Virus record (IMG/VR): IMGVR_UViG_648276643_000011
Direction: 5' to 3' (one strand)
DNA from: a virus
Taxonomy: Duplodnaviria > Heunggongvirae > Uroviricota > Caudoviricetes
Length of the DNA stretch: 33,508 nucleotides
Part shown: positions 33,235-33,508 of the stretch, piece by piece
Layout: the number at the start of each line of letters is the position of its first letter
Position numbering within the stretch: position 1 is the stretch's first letter
The notes under the pieces: generated by a model
What the model saw: the letters and a program-made list of their open reading frames with translations, nothing else
What the model was told of the DNA's origin: nothing
Database searches by the model: none
Made by a program: the position numbers and the translations under genes

Positions 33235-33508
33235 GTAGATTCAATTGGTCAACGCAACAGTTATGTGAAAACATGGGGTTGCGGAGGTTTTTTGAATGAG
33301 ACGAACATTTACAGCAGAGGAAAAAGCCTCTGTTTTTGAACTATGGAAGAACGGAACAGGCTTCAGTGAAATAGCGAATATCCTGGGTTCAAAACCCGGA
33401 ACGATCTTCACTATGTTAAGGGATACTGGCGGCATAAAACCCCATGAGCGTAAGCGGGCTGTAGCTCACCTGACACTGTCTGAGCGCGAGGAGATACGAG
33501 CTGGTTTG
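33234..33508 (+). mobile_element. IS30 insertion sequence, left end (continues beyond window)
   Basis: Terminal inverted repeat TGTAGATTCAATTGGTCAACGCAACAG followed by the IS30 transposase start. Coordinates plus or minus 1 nt. Confidence 0.85.
33296..33508 (+). CDS. insI: IS30 transposase, N-terminal portion (partial at window end)
   Basis: MRRTFTAEEKASVFELWKNGTGFSEIANILGSKPGTIFTMLRDTGGIKPHERKRAVAHLTLSEREEIRAGL is the IS30 transposase N-terminus as recalled from memory. Start plus or minus 1 nt. Confidence 0.85.
   Translation, partial: MRRTFTAEEKASVFELWKNGTGFSEIANILGSKPGTIFTMLRDTGGIKPHERKRAVAHLTLSEREEIRAGL

Noticed and set aside
1-33508. CRISPR arrays, rRNA or tRNA genes
   Set aside because: No regularly spaced short direct repeats with unique spacers and no tRNA-like cloverleaf with a T-loop consensus were seen; the attachment site or tRNA expected next to int would lie left of position 1.

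Overview
The window is almost entirely a P2/186-like temperate myovirus prophage in an enterobacterial chromosome (the IS30 copy suggests E. coli or a close relative). It starts at the 3' end of the integrase gene, so the attachment site lies just left of the window, and ends inside an IS30 element that interrupts tail gene D. Order along the window: int and the immunity repressor with two cargo genes between them (minus strand); an early operon of small genes ending in replication gene A (plus); a ParM/ParR-like cassette, a zinc-ribbon ORF and an AT-rich membrane-protein gene at the position where P2 carries tin/old; portal Q and terminase P (minus); capsid, lysis and baseplate/tail-fibre genes O through G (plus); a hexapeptide acetyltransferase at the position where P2 carries Z/fun; then the sheath, tube, chaperone, tape-measure and U genes on the minus strand, inverted relative to canonical P2 order; then the 5' fragment of D and IS30. 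The most interesting candidates for new biology are the ParMR-like cassette inside an integrating phage, the repressor-linked gene pair sharing a peptide motif with the repressor, the lone membrane protein and acetyltransferase in the two variable loci, and a highly structured non-coding region in the early operon. All homology statements come from reading the translations against remembered family sequences; no database search was run. Coordinates after about 33180 carry a 1 nt uncertainty because the ORF track and my count of the printed sequence disagree by one base there.
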